From UHGV virus genome UHGV-0037280: a stretch of DNA of 64,000 nt. One strand, 5' to 3'. This DNA comes from a virus. Positions within the stretch are counted from its first letter, which is position 1. Each line of letters starts with the position of its first letter. The notes under the pieces were generated by a model. The model saw only the letters and a list, made by a program, of their open reading frames with translations. It made no database searches and was not told the origin of the DNA. The translations under genes were made by a program, and so were the position numbers. This document shows, piece by piece, positions 22,443 through 32,270 of this stretch.

Positions 22443-23140
22443 AGATTGCTTTAGTTTTTCGCTCTGGTGGTGACTATAACGCTTCCGATGTGCAGTGGCT
22501 GGTTAATCAACTGCCAAAAGGCTATGAAATTATTTGCCTGACAGACCTGAAGCGTTTACATGTACCTGGCGTCAAAGTTGTCCCATTGATCAACCAGTGG
22601 CAAAAGTGCCGTGGCTGGTGGGCGAAAATCGAGTTGTTCCGACCGGATATAACCGATGATCTGTTCTATCTGGATTTGGACACGGTTATTGCCGGTGATA
22701 TACGCCCAATCCTAGAGCATCCACCAACCAGCTTCACCATGCTTAGGGATTTTTACCATCCACAATATCGTGGCAGCGGTGCCCTGTGGATACCAAATAG
22801 TGTTAAAGCGCATATCTGGAGTTCATTCTGGCAAGATCCGGAAGGTTGGATTTCTCGTTGTGTCACTACTGAGTGCTGGGGTGACCAGGGGTTCTTACGA
22901 AAGGTTATGGGCGATGATATACCAGCATTTCAGGATCTGTATCCAGGATGGTTTGTAAGTTACAAGGCCGATGTTGTGGAACCTGGTTCAAAATATGCGA
23001 GCGCGCGTTACTCCAGGGGGAATGGGGCATTACCAAAAGACTGCCGAATAATCTTTTTCCACGGCAAACCGCGACCTCGCGAAGTGTCAGAGGATTGGCT
23101 TCCCCTTATCAGCTCATTTTTTGAGCGAGAATCAGAATAA
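22439..23140 (+). CDS. Hypothetical protein with DXD-like motif (possible nucleotide-sugar transferase)
   Basis: 233 aa; LDLDTV motif. Confidence 0.45.
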
Positions 23141-23141
23141 T

Positions 23142-23158
23142 ATTGCTCTAATAATTCC
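23142..23158 (+). promoter_or_regulatory. C1 operator (ATTGCTCTAATAATTCC)
   Basis: 14/17 match to consensus; first of an inverted operator pair. Confidence 0.55.
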
Positions 23159-23166
23159 ATATTTTT

Positions 23167-23194
23167 AAAACGTGATGTACACTCATCACGTTTT
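23167..23194. terminator. Perfect 11-bp-stem hairpin with A4/T-run flanks (bidirectional terminator-like)
   Basis: aaaacgtgatg tacact catcacgtttt followed by tttt. Confidence 0.55.
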
Positions 23195-23208
23195 TTATTA
23201 GAGCAATC
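23192..23208 (-). promoter_or_regulatory. C1 operator, inverted relative to 23142
   Basis: ttttttattagagcaat is the reverse complement of ATTGCTCTAATAAAAAA. Confidence 0.55.
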
Positions 23209-23221
23209 TACAAGGTGCACT

Positions 23222-23440
23222 ATGTGGCCATTCCGACGGAAATATCACTACTGGCTGATCGCCTTTGTTACGCCGACCGGCGGTATCAGGCATGTCATCA
23301 CCAGGTATCGCAACAAGAGACTCACCTTAGCCAGAATTTTACAGGCTGCCATAGGTGAGGGACTGGATACAAATTGCGTAGTCCTTCCTCCTTCATACTT
23401 AGGAAAAATGACCGAAGCACAAGCTAATACGGAACTTTGA
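23222..23440 (+). CDS. Small hypothetical protein (72 aa)
   Basis: ORF track only. Confidence 0.35.
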   Translation: MWPFRRKYHYWLIAFVTPTGGIRHVITRYRNKRLTLARILQAAIGEGLDTNCVVLPPSYLGKMTEAQANTEL

Positions 23441-23441
23441 A

Positions 23442-24704
23442 ATGATCACTTCAGCACAAAACCAATCAATCGAAAATGTATCTATCCCTGACGTCCTGAA
23501 TGCCGGTATCCCGGCCATTATCCAGAACATCCGGGCCGCGCAACGCCGCGTTAGTTGTGATGACCTCACAGCGCGTTTTTTTGATAATGCGGTTCAGTCA
23601 GCGGAGATGCTTCACGCACAGCTTATTGATGTTTATAACGCAGAAGCTGATAGCCATAACTCCCTGGTAGATGCAGCTGAAAATATGCAGTTGGATCTCG
23701 GTCTGAAGGGTAAAGAAATTGAAGAGCTTCAGCTACAAATTGAACATTTGAAACGCCAGCAACAGGACGCGATCGACGATGCGACGCATGACGCCAACCA
23801 GCGTGCTGATAATGCCGAACGTATAAGCATTGAGCTGGAAACAAAACTCAATGAAATGACCGCGATGGTTGAACTGCGGAACTCACAGATTTCAACGCTA
23901 AAATCTCAATATAAAGAGATCATGAAACTTGATCCTTTTAACCTTGAGAAACGCTATAACAAAGCTAAAAGCGAGCGACAGGAACTGCGTAAGCAGGTCG
24001 CCGACCTTAACCAACAGCTCAAAAAAACTATTAAAGATGCAAGCGAAGCGCGCGTGGCATTTGCTAATAAAAAAGCAGAGGTTACCGCGCTGGTTAATGA
24101 GAATGCCAAATTTGCGACGCTCAAGAAGGAAATGTATGGCATTACTGAGCGCCGTTTCCCTGCAAGCAAACTTCATCCGACGTTAGGGCAAATCTCCTTC
24201 TTCCCGCGCCTCCTGGCTTATGGGATCTCATCGCCTAAAGAGTTCAATAACGAGCGTCCTTATATCGTTTCTAAGCTGGACTTTGCTTATCAGTTCTGCT
24301 GCGACATGGGCTATGCCATTGATATCCGGATCAACGAATGGTTGATGCCAAACTTCCAGCCGTTGGCCATTTTCCGCGAGTTCCAGCCGGAAGGTTGGGT
24401 AGAGTTCTTCCATGAATTGATCTGTAAAGAGATGGAAAGCCGCCGCCCGGAACTGGTCCGTCGAGTTGAGTGGGCGCAAGAGGTTATGTTGGCAGAGGCA
24501 GAGCTGCCGTTCGAACCGGAATTTATTGATGATCTGGCAGCTAAAGGGCTGCATACCCTGTTTGATGTGGTTACCCGCCGTCATGAGCAGTTGGTTGTCG
24601 AATTGGGTTTAGAGGAAACAGCGGCAAGAAGACTTCTCGATGTTTGCTATGCACGTAGCGATGCATGGGAAAAAGAGAACGGCGGCACTATTTACGTTCG
24701 CTGA
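23442..24704 (+). CDS. Coiled-coil protein (420 aa)
   Basis: ATG 23442; long heptad-like E/Q/K-rich region in N-terminal half. Confidence 0.55.
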   Translation: MITSAQNQSIENVSIPDVLNAGIPAIIQNIRAAQRRVSCDDLTARFFDNAVQSAEMLHAQLIDVYNAEADSHNSLVDAAENMQLDLGLKGKEIEELQLQIEHLKRQQQDAIDDATHDANQRADNAERISIELETKLNEMTAMVELRNSQISTLKSQYKEIMKLDPFNLEKRYNKAKSERQELRKQVADLNQQLKKTIKDASEARVAFANKKAEVTALVNENAKFATLKKEMYGITERRFPASKLHPTLGQISFFPRLLAYGISSPKEFNNERPYIVSKLDFAYQFCCDMGYAIDIRINEWLMPNFQPLAIFREFQPEGWVEFFHELICKEMESRRPELVRRVEWAQEVMLAEAELPFEPEFIDDLAAKGLHTLFDVVTRRHEQLVVELGLEETAARRLLDVCYARSDAWEKENGGTIYVR

Positions 24705-24726
24705 CAGTTACAGTGTCACTTTTAAT

Positions 24727-24757
24727 GCTGGTGGAGTGCGCCCACCAGCATTTTTTC
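24727..24757 (+). terminator. Intrinsic terminator
   Basis: gctggtgg agtgcgc ccaccagc followed by attttttcg. Confidence 0.6.
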
Positions 24758-24775
24758 GTCCAATGAGGAGGGAAT

Positions 24776-25282
24776 TTGAGTATTTTCAATAAACACGCAC
24801 ACCAGGAACGTCCGTATATCGTCATAGTTGATATTGATGGAACAATATCAGAGGCAACTGAAGACAGACTGCATTTGCTTCCGCCACCAGGTAAAGGTGC
24901 ATTAACAAAGGACTGGAACGAGTTTAATCTCGCCTGTGACACTGATACTCCCATAACTCCAGTTATTGATATTGTGCGCCAGTTATTTAACGTTTACACG
25001 GTCTGGTTTGTAACCGGGCGCTGTGAGATCGCAAGGGATAAAACACGAGCCTGGCTGCGGAAGTACGTAACAAACGGGGCTGAGCCTTTGCTATCTATGC
25101 GTCCTGCCACCGATGACAGAAATGACGGCCCAGCAAAGATTGATCTCCTTAAGAAAATTGGTCTAAGTAAAATTGCGTTCGCGCTGGAAGATAAGATTGA
25201 AGTGGCGCGTGTTTTCAGGAGGCACGGCGTGCTTACGTTAATGGTCAGGGAGTATGAAAACGCGCTTCTCCATCAACAATAA
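24776..25282 (+). CDS. HAD-superfamily phosphatase-like protein (TTG start)
   Basis: DxDGT motif VIVDIDGTI near N-terminus; AGGAGG 7 nt upstream of TTG. Confidence 0.55.
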   Translation: MSIFNKHAHQERPYIVIVDIDGTISEATEDRLHLLPPPGKGALTKDWNEFNLACDTDTPITPVIDIVRQLFNVYTVWFVTGRCEIARDKTRAWLRKYVTNGAEPLLSMRPATDDRNDGPAKIDLLKKIGLSKIAFALEDKIEVARVFRRHGVLTLMVREYENALLHQQ

Positions 25283-25298
25283 TTGCTCTAATAAATAT
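25282..25298 (+). promoter_or_regulatory. C1 operator (ATTGCTCTAATAAATAT)
   Basis: 16/17 match to consensus. Confidence 0.6.
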
Positions 25299-25476
25299 TG
25301 ATTTTTAAAGCAGAGGAAGTGAAAATAAAAACATGCCGCAAGGCGCGGCATGTATCCAATCAATCACAGGAGCTGAAAATATGAACACGGCATTCAAAAT
25401 CATTATGGCCGCGATCTATTTCTGGCTGTTCTCTATCACTTTTGGCGGCATCGTCGCACATGGGTAAGGGGGATGC

Positions 25477-26055
25477 ATGAAAGGCGAAGTGAAAGAGCGC
25501 GGCATGATTTTTAACGATGAGATGGTCCGGGCAATTCTTGGCGGGAATAAAACACAGACTCGCAGGATTGTTGAAGAAAAATTCTATGGACGGGCAGTGG
25601 CCGCAGAGTTGCTTGCCAAGCATTGTCCATATGGTCAACCGGGCGATCGTATTTGGGTTCGCGAAACCTACCGGGTACATGGCAAAGCGACGGACGTCGC
25701 AACGCTGGTTTATCGCGCAAGCGTGCGTAACTCCTGGACAGAACAAACGCACCGGGTTCCGGTCGAGGTTTGTAATAAACCAGTATCAGAAAAGTGGACG
25801 CCATCAATTCACATGCCGCGCTGGGCTTCGCGTATTTTGCTGGAAATTACCGACGTGCGTGTGGAACGGCTGCATGACATGAGCGAGGCAGATGCTAAAG
25901 CGGAAGGCGCATCTCCGGCGACGTACAAGATTACACCGCCGGAAGCTGTTTATCGCGTTGGTTTCGGTGATATCTGGCGCGGTATTTACGGGCAAGAGAA
26001 CTGGCTATCTAACCCGTGGGTATGGGTAATCGAGTTTAAGCGCATTCAGGAATAA
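25477..26055 (+). CDS. ASCH/PUA-like domain protein
   Basis: MVRAILGGNKTQTRR N-terminal pattern typical of ASCH-like folds. Confidence 0.45.
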   Translation: MKGEVKERGMIFNDEMVRAILGGNKTQTRRIVEEKFYGRAVAAELLAKHCPYGQPGDRIWVRETYRVHGKATDVATLVYRASVRNSWTEQTHRVPVEVCNKPVSEKWTPSIHMPRWASRILLEITDVRVERLHDMSEADAKAEGASPATYKITPPEAVYRVGFGDIWRGIYGQENWLSNPWVWVIEFKRIQE

Positions 26056-26058
26056 ACC

Positions 26059-26937
26059 GTGAGTATGCATCAAGTTGTCAGCTTTTCAGGTGGACGAACA
26101 TCGGCTTATCTCGTTCATCTGATGGAAGCAAAGCGAAAAGCTGGCGCTAGCGTCCATTTCATTTTTATGGATACCGGCTGTGAACATCCTCTGACGTATC
26201 GCTTTATTCGTGAGGTTGTGAAGTTCTGGAACGTACCGCTAACGGTGTTGCAGGTCGATATAAATCCAGAACTTGGGCAGCCAAATGGTTATACGGAATG
26301 GGAACCAAAGGATATTCAGACGCGAATGCCGGTGCTTAAACCGTTTATGGACATGGTTAAAAAGTACGGTACGCCATACATCGGCGGCGCGTTCTGTACT
26401 GACAGGCTAAAACTCACCCCTTTCACGAAATATTGCGATGACCATTTTGGGCGAGGGAATTACATTACATGGCTGGGTATTCGTGCGGACGAACACCGCA
26501 GGCTGAAACCGAAACCGGGCGTCCGGTATCTTGCAGAGCTGTCAGATTTTGATAAGTCGGATGTTATCCGGTGGTGGCGAAAACAACCTTTTGATTTGCA
26601 AATCCCGGAGCACCTAGGGAACTGTGTTTTTTGCATCAAAAAGTCAACGCAAAAGCTGGGGCTTGCATGTAAAGACGAACCTGGTCTGATGCGGGTTTTT
26701 AATGAACTGGTTACAGGTAAACACGTCCGGGATGGTCACCGAAAGACAAATAAAGACGTTATGTACCGTGGTCATCTGAGCCTTGACGGGATTGCCAGAA
26801 TGTATGCCGACAGCGACTACAGAAATTTGTATCAGGCGATGGTGCAAGCCAGGCGATTCGATACCGGCTCGTGTTCAGAGTCATGTGAAATCTGGGGTGA
26901 TCAATTGGAGTTGAAATTCGAAGAGGTGGTGGCATGA
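26059..26937 (+). CDS. PAPS-reductase-like PP-loop ATP pyrophosphatase family protein
   Basis: SFSGGRTSAYL PP-loop motif at N-terminus; C-terminal Cys cluster CSESCEIWG. Confidence 0.7.
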   Translation: MSMHQVVSFSGGRTSAYLVHLMEAKRKAGASVHFIFMDTGCEHPLTYRFIREVVKFWNVPLTVLQVDINPELGQPNGYTEWEPKDIQTRMPVLKPFMDMVKKYGTPYIGGAFCTDRLKLTPFTKYCDDHFGRGNYITWLGIRADEHRRLKPKPGVRYLAELSDFDKSDVIRWWRKQPFDLQIPEHLGNCVFCIKKSTQKLGLACKDEPGLMRVFNELVTGKHVRDGHRKTNKDVMYRGHLSLDGIARMYADSDYRNLYQAMVQARRFDTGSCSESCEIWGDQLELKFEEVVA

Positions 26938-27638
26938 CAACCAAAATTAACTATCAGGCACTACGTGAGATAGCAAAACAGGCAACACAGGGCGAATGGG
27001 TCGCGTTTATTTCGACGGGTACAGGTACGTATGCTGTGCATACGCCCGGTGATAAACGATGTGAAGATGTTATCAAATGGACCGGCTTTGATGGGCTGAA
27101 AAACGCAGAGAACAACGCTCGTTATGTTGCCGCATTCAACCCAAAGGTTGCACTGGAGCTACTTGGTGAAATTAAGCGCCTGGAGGACACAAATATTGAT
27201 GCTATGTGCCGAATAGCACCGCTTGAGACTAAGCTCGCGGCGCTGGTGGCAGAGAACGCCGGGCTGAAACACGCAATGGCCGTAACTCTTGAGCATGTGT
27301 CGGTCACGGATGCAGGGCAGGCTGGTGTTGCTGCAATGATTATCAACGATGCCCTACACCACAGCGAAACTCCAGCTACCGATGCTTTTCTGGCTGAAAT
27401 TCGTGCGGAAGCACGCAACGAGGGGATTAACTATACCGCCAGCCGTCTTGCTGCTGCGTTCAATCACGGATTTATCAATAAGTCTTTGCGTGAAGTTTTC
27501 GACGTTACACGCATGATTTTGTCAGCGAAAGAAGAGTTGGCTAATGAAGCGCATCCGATTGATGGCCTGTCTGGTGAATATGCGGAGAAATCCCTTGAAG
27601 AATGGGCGGAACAGATTCGCAAAGGAAGCAGCCAGTGA
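26934..27638 (+). CDS. Ead/Ea22-like prophage protein, paralog 1
   Basis: N-terminus INYQALREIAKQATQGEW; shares C-terminal module DAFLAEIRA with 27922 gene. Confidence 0.55.
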   Translation: MTTKINYQALREIAKQATQGEWVAFISTGTGTYAVHTPGDKRCEDVIKWTGFDGLKNAENNARYVAAFNPKVALELLGEIKRLEDTNIDAMCRIAPLETKLAALVAENAGLKHAMAVTLEHVSVTDAGQAGVAAMIINDALHHSETPATDAFLAEIRAEARNEGINYTASRLAAAFNHGFINKSLREVFDVTRMILSAKEELANEAHPIDGLSGEYAEKSLEEWAEQIRKGSSQ

Positions 27639-27925
27639 ATATCGACACGACAATAACGATCGATACGCTCCTAAATACCGGTCTGGCACTTCTCGGTTGG
27701 CTTTACATCATGTCCCGTACATGGCGATGGCTGGGTTCCATTTTCCTAAAACAGTGGAAAAAACGGCGCAAACAGGAACTACGCCAGAAGGCATTAGAAG
27801 CGTTCTATGACGCATTTGAGCTTAGCCGCATTGAACCAGGTACAACAGCCAGGATAGCGACAAAAGGCGACCTGATGATAGTGATGTTCCGACAGGAGAG
27901 AGCAGAGAAAGGGGAATCAGCATGA
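27635..27925 (+). CDS. Small membrane protein (GTG start)
   Basis: AGGAAG 8 nt upstream of GTG overlapping preceding stop; one hydrophobic helix. Confidence 0.4.
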   Translation: MNIDTTITIDTLLNTGLALLGWLYIMSRTWRWLGSIFLKQWKKRRKQELRQKALEAFYDAFELSRIEPGTTARIATKGDLMIVMFRQERAEKGESA

Positions 27926-28590
27926 AATTTTCCAAATTTTCTGAGTTGGTGAATCGTATTTTGTCCAACAACCACAGCCATCGTCGCGATATGGATGTAA
28001 CGATCGTTGTTCATTCGCCTGGCAGCATTGGTTCAACACCCTCAGTTGAAGTTCAGTCAATTCACGCTGGTTTTGATTGGGATTCCGGGAAAGTGCTGAT
28101 TTTCCCAGCACAGCCACTGACCACTCTAACACCAGAACAGATTACTGATATTACTGATATTACTGATAGTGTGCGCAAAGGTCAGTCCTGGCACGCATAT
28201 CAGGAATACAAGAAGCATAAAGAGCAGTTGGAAAAATTATCGATTGAACTTGATGCCGCAAAACAGCGCATTGCAGAGCTGGAGGGTAATTTCACGGCGC
28301 TGGCAGCGGAGAATGCGGGGCTAAAGGCGATATGTGATGACCGTCGCAGGTTCATCATGAATGGGGTGCAGATGGGTTATATCAAGGTGCCAGCAGCGGA
28401 AACAGATCCAGACCTTGAGACAATTCGCATTGCTATATCACCACAAAAGCCCATTCCAGCCACCGATGCTTTCCTGGCTGAAGTACGGGCGCAGGGGGTA
28501 GAGATGTTTGCTGACCATCTGTTGTGCCCAGACCTTGATGACACTATCCGTGACTTTGCTGCCCAGCTTCGCAAAGGAGGCAACCAGTGA
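27922..28590 (+). CDS. Ead/Ea22-like protein, paralog 2 (contains 9-bp x3 tandem repeat)
   Basis: attactgat x3 at 28141-28167 encoding ITDITDITD; coiled-coil segment; shared C-terminal module. Confidence 0.55.
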   Translation: MKFSKFSELVNRILSNNHSHRRDMDVTIVVHSPGSIGSTPSVEVQSIHAGFDWDSGKVLIFPAQPLTTLTPEQITDITDITDSVRKGQSWHAYQEYKKHKEQLEKLSIELDAAKQRIAELEGNFTALAAENAGLKAICDDRRRFIMNGVQMGYIKVPAAETDPDLETIRIAISPQKPIPATDAFLAEVRAQGVEMFADHLLCPDLDDTIRDFAAQLRKGGNQ

Positions 28591-29282
28591 GCAAAATTAA
28601 CTATCAAGAACTGCGCGAGGCGGCGGAGAAGGCTACGAAAGGTAAGTGGGCTGTTGAATTCGACGATGAGATTTACTCCACTGACGGCATAAACCATGAG
28701 CAAATAGCTATGGTGTTCAGTGAAAACGAATCTCGTGATGCTGAATTCATCGCCGCAGCCAATCCGGCTACCGTCTTGGCGCTGCTGGATGAACGGGAAA
28801 GAAACCAGCAATACATAAAACGCCGCGACCAGGAGAACGAGGATATTGCGCTAACGGTAGGGAGGCTTCGCGTTGAGCTGGAAGGCAAAGACAGCAAAAT
28901 AGCCAATCTTACCGCCGAACGCGATGCTCTTCGTGAAGGTGAGATGGGCGACGCTAGGCATAGCAACACACGGGCCGCAGCTGATATCTACTTCCAACTG
29001 GTCGAGGAGTGCGAAATTCCTGCTGGCGGATCTCTGGTCGAGTACGTTGACGATATGCGCGAGAAGCTGGAAGCCGCAGAGAAGCGCATTGCAGAGTTAG
29101 AAAGTGGTTCTCAGGCACAAAAGTTAGTTGAAGCAATCATTGTTGCGATAGAAAACGAACAGGAAAGGCTTTTTGATGAAGATTACCTAATGGATTCGAA
29201 AGAATGCATTGACGTAATTCGTGAAGAAGTAAAGCGATGGAATGATTCCCGTGCCGCTGGCATTCGCATCAAAGGAGAGTGA
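28587..29282 (+). CDS. Ead/Ea22-like protein, paralog 3 (GTG start)
   Basis: N-terminus INYQELREAAEKATKGKW parallels paralog 1; AAGGAGG upstream. Confidence 0.55.
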   Translation: MSKINYQELREAAEKATKGKWAVEFDDEIYSTDGINHEQIAMVFSENESRDAEFIAAANPATVLALLDERERNQQYIKRRDQENEDIALTVGRLRVELEGKDSKIANLTAERDALREGEMGDARHSNTRAAADIYFQLVEECEIPAGGSLVEYVDDMREKLEAAEKRIAELESGSQAQKLVEAIIVAIENEQERLFDEDYLMDSKECIDVIREEVKRWNDSRAAGIRIKGE

Positions 29283-29283
29283 T

Positions 29284-29547
29284 ATGGCAACTTTAACAAA
29301 AAAAGAACGGGCATGGTTGAACGAATTACAGGACGTTCTTGATCGCTGCCCATCACCGAAAAAAATTGGTTTTTACACCATTGGCGATAAAAGCATTTAC
29401 CTGTATGACCTGCGCCGCATGGATGAAATCATGGAGGCTCTTGATAATCGTTCGTCGATGGATTGGTGTGTTGCTGTCCATGATATGAATGCAGGGTTTG
29501 ATGAAAAGATTTTGTTCCCCTCATCAGTTGAAAGCACTGCGGGTTAA
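29284..29547 (+). CDS. Small hypothetical protein (87 aa)
   Basis: ATG with AAGGAG upstream. Confidence 0.45.
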   Translation: MATLTKKERAWLNELQDVLDRCPSPKKIGFYTIGDKSIYLYDLRRMDEIMEALDNRSSMDWCVAVHDMNAGFDEKILFPSSVESTAG

Positions 29548-29557
29548 GGAGTAACAC

Positions 29558-30430
29558 ATGACCACTATTATCAAAGAACGTATTGAATTGTTCATTAAAA
29601 ATCCGCTTGAAAACGGGCTTACTCGTGGCGAACAAATGGAACTGGCACGAATTGCGCTGGCATCGCTGGAAGCAAAACCAATAGGTGCATTCCACATTGC
29701 AGAACAGCAAGTTGACGGCACAAGTGACTACCTCAAGGATGGAGAATGGCCTATTGATAATGGAATTATTGAGGTCTACGCCGCTCCCCCCGTTCCAGTA
29801 GTACCGGAAGAAAAACCAATGCCTAATCCTCTTAGCATGTACGCGGTTGATGCTGTTGCCGCTATTGCAGAGGTGAGAGGCTGGAACGCCTGCCGCGCCG
29901 CCATGCTTCAGTCCGGAAACTTTCGGGAAAACAAGAATTCGTCAACCAATAACTTTCGGGAAATCGCGGAAACGTCAACCAACTATCCGGTAATTCCTAG
30001 TGAGGTGTTGTCCGCAATCCAGAAGGTTGCCAAGATTCGTGCCGATTTCGATGATTTTGACGGTGACAGGCGAGGTATCGGTGATTGTCTGGATGAGGCT
30101 GAGCAAGAGCTTATCGTTACCATTAACAAATATGCCAGTCAGTTGGCAGCAGAACCTATAGCGCCTAATGACGTTCGAGAGCAGACAGCCATTCCGCAAG
30201 TTCCGGTAACTCCGGATGGTTGGATAAGCTGTAGTGAGCGAATGCCGAATACCAAAACAGCCGTTCTTGTTGCCGTGGAGTTTGACAGGAAAGGTGACTG
30301 GCGAATGAAATGGGCTACTTACATCCCGGGGCATCCTGACGCTAATGATGGGTGGATAATTCCTGGTGCGTCGTGGAAACCGTCACACTGGATGCCGCTA
30401 CCAGAACCGCCGCAGGAGGTGAATCAATGA
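29558..30430 (+). CDS. DUF551-type C-terminal domain prophage protein
   Basis: C-terminal W...P..HWMPLPEPP pattern. Confidence 0.55.
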   Translation: MTTIIKERIELFIKNPLENGLTRGEQMELARIALASLEAKPIGAFHIAEQQVDGTSDYLKDGEWPIDNGIIEVYAAPPVPVVPEEKPMPNPLSMYAVDAVAAIAEVRGWNACRAAMLQSGNFRENKNSSTNNFREIAETSTNYPVIPSEVLSAIQKVAKIRADFDDFDGDRRGIGDCLDEAEQELIVTINKYASQLAAEPIAPNDVREQTAIPQVPVTPDGWISCSERMPNTKTAVLVAVEFDRKGDWRMKWATYIPGHPDANDGWIIPGASWKPSHWMPLPEPPQEVNQ

Positions 30431-30512
30431 GCTGGCCTGAAGCATTCGCAACGGTAGGAATTGTGATGGCGGCAGCACTGGGTTTGTATTCAATTTGTTG
30501 CTGGTGGTAACG

Positions 30513-30746
30513 ATGGGGAAATTAACTTTTGTAGTCGAATTTGAGGATGGTAAAGAGCCACCTGTTAGCGCCAATCTTGATGTTGCTGGTGGCAGGCTTG
30601 TTTCGGTTCTATTTGGTGACTACCGAGATGACTTCTTCCAACCAGAAGAAGTTGATGTAGTGCGAGAGGCATTAAACGAGTTAAGTGTTGACAACGCTGA
30701 TGCTCATGCGGAAATCATCCAAAAAATGGAACTGCTAACTCACTAA
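30513..30746 (+). CDS. Small hypothetical protein
   Basis: ORF track, start moved to ATG 30513. Confidence 0.4.
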   Translation: MGKLTFVVEFEDGKEPPVSANLDVAGGRLVSVLFGDYRDDFFQPEEVDVVREALNELSVDNADAHAEIIQKMELLTH

Positions 30747-30924
30747 ATTAGCAATTATGGTGCTATCACCTACGGCAACGAGAGAAATTTTATAATGTTA
30801 AAAGTAAATGTTTTGATTTTTTCAGTAATTGTAGGTTTTGGTTTTTCTGCTGGAGTACATATTTATATTACGTGGGGAAAAATCATCAACTACGTATGGG
30901 GTTGTTTTATTAAGTGAGGTAAGT

Positions 30925-31218
30925 ATGTGGAGAGGTAATAGTCATGGCAAAAGCCAGATGATACTTACCGAATATCAGTTTGACCATAAAACCAATAAAT
31001 CACGTTCAGTATATTTGCTTCGGCACAATAGCCGCGTAAGGAATACCGTGCTGGAGCAAAATCTGACTGTTGAAATGGATAATTACGGGGGCTTCAAGCC
31101 AACAATTTCGCTTGATGATTTTCCTCGTGGTTTAAGCGAAAGAGAAGCAATGCTGAAATTGGCAGAATGGCTACAAAGATTAAGCATTGCTATTGAAGAT
31201 AACTGGTCTGAACCTTAA
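30925..31218 (+). CDS. Hypothetical protein in AT-rich segment
   Basis: ATG 30925 with GTGAGG upstream. Confidence 0.4.
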   Translation: MWRGNSHGKSQMILTEYQFDHKTNKSRSVYLLRHNSRVRNTVLEQNLTVEMDNYGGFKPTISLDDFPRGLSEREAMLKLAEWLQRLSIAIEDNWSEP

Positions 31219-31224
31219 ATTTAT

Positions 31225-31584
31225 ATGATGACACTAAAACATTTTCTTGACCGCCCATTATGGGCGGCAGCCGCAGGCTATGACTTTAATTATATGGATT
31301 GCATGTCTTATACCGCCAATGCATACGACCATTCCTTCAGTCTGCTGTTTAATTCTTTAAGAATATTGCCGCAAACAGAAGTTGGAGAGCTTCATTTATG
31401 GCTATTGGGCTTTATCGCGGCTGGAGTTGGTATTGCTGTATGGCCTTTTATTTTCTGGCTGGTGGCTGTTGTAGTGTGGTTTAAGTGCAAGACATACCGG
31501 AGAAAGTATTTCTTAGGTGATGGAATGACTGATATTGCCAAAATGAACATTGAAAAATGGACTAAGGAATGTGAAAAGAAATGA
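31225..31584 (+). CDS. Membrane protein (119 aa)
   Basis: Hydrophobic segment LWLLGFIAAGVGIAVWPFIFWLVAVVVW. Confidence 0.45.
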   Translation: MMTLKHFLDRPLWAAAAGYDFNYMDCMSYTANAYDHSFSLLFNSLRILPQTEVGELHLWLLGFIAAGVGIAVWPFIFWLVAVVVWFKCKTYRRKYFLGDGMTDIAKMNIEKWTKECEKK

Positions 31585-32063
31585 CCAGAATCACTGAAGA
31601 ACGCATATCGGAGATTATCGCCCGTATTGAAATGTATGGTCACGGTGCTGGATATACGGCAGATAAAGTATTGGAAATAGCCCAGCAGATGCTGGCCTTG
31701 AGACAAAAAGAGCAACATGAAAGTAATACATGTAGATTGAATTTTGAGCAGTGGCTGGAACAGCAACGCGGAAAAATCGATGTGGACTGTGGTTGTGTGT
31801 CCACTGAAACATTCATGCACTGGTTGCGGGTAGCTTACGAGGCTGGCAACTATCCGGATAGTTCGGAGCAAGCGCCAGGAAATGGCGTCCCCGGCGAACG
31901 TATACGAATTAAGCCGCATGTTTACCGCGAACTGGTTAACCGTCTCCACGATACAGCTATCAAGTGTGCTGGCACCCAGCAATTACGAGAAAGAATTAGC
32001 CGTGTTTTGGGCGACGTTATTACGCCAGATCATCATAAACAAGCCGAGAAAAGTGGCCTGTAA
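31581..32063 (+). CDS. Hypothetical protein (160 aa), translationally coupled to the membrane protein
   Basis: ATGA overlap with upstream gene. Confidence 0.5.
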   Translation: MTRITEERISEIIARIEMYGHGAGYTADKVLEIAQQMLALRQKEQHESNTCRLNFEQWLEQQRGKIDVDCGCVSTETFMHWLRVAYEAGNYPDSSEQAPGNGVPGERIRIKPHVYRELVNRLHDTAIKCAGTQQLRERISRVLGDVITPDHHKQAEKSGL

Positions 32064-32270
32064 AGGTGTCACCTTGAGGCGGCATTAAACATTAACCCGG
32101 GGCATACGCTTGGCATTATTGATGCACTATTGGTTCATAAGATGGCCAGGGCTTTATTGCCGCTGGTAGGGGGCAATGACAACTAGGAAAAAATCGCATT
32201 ACTGGTGGCAAAGCCATAACTACTGATACAATATTTCTAGGTTAAAGATCTGGCATTAGGTAGAGATAGC

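Noticed and set aside
30427-30510. 27-codon hydrophobic mini-ORF after the DUF551 gene
   Set aside because: Too short to support without conservation or expression evidence.
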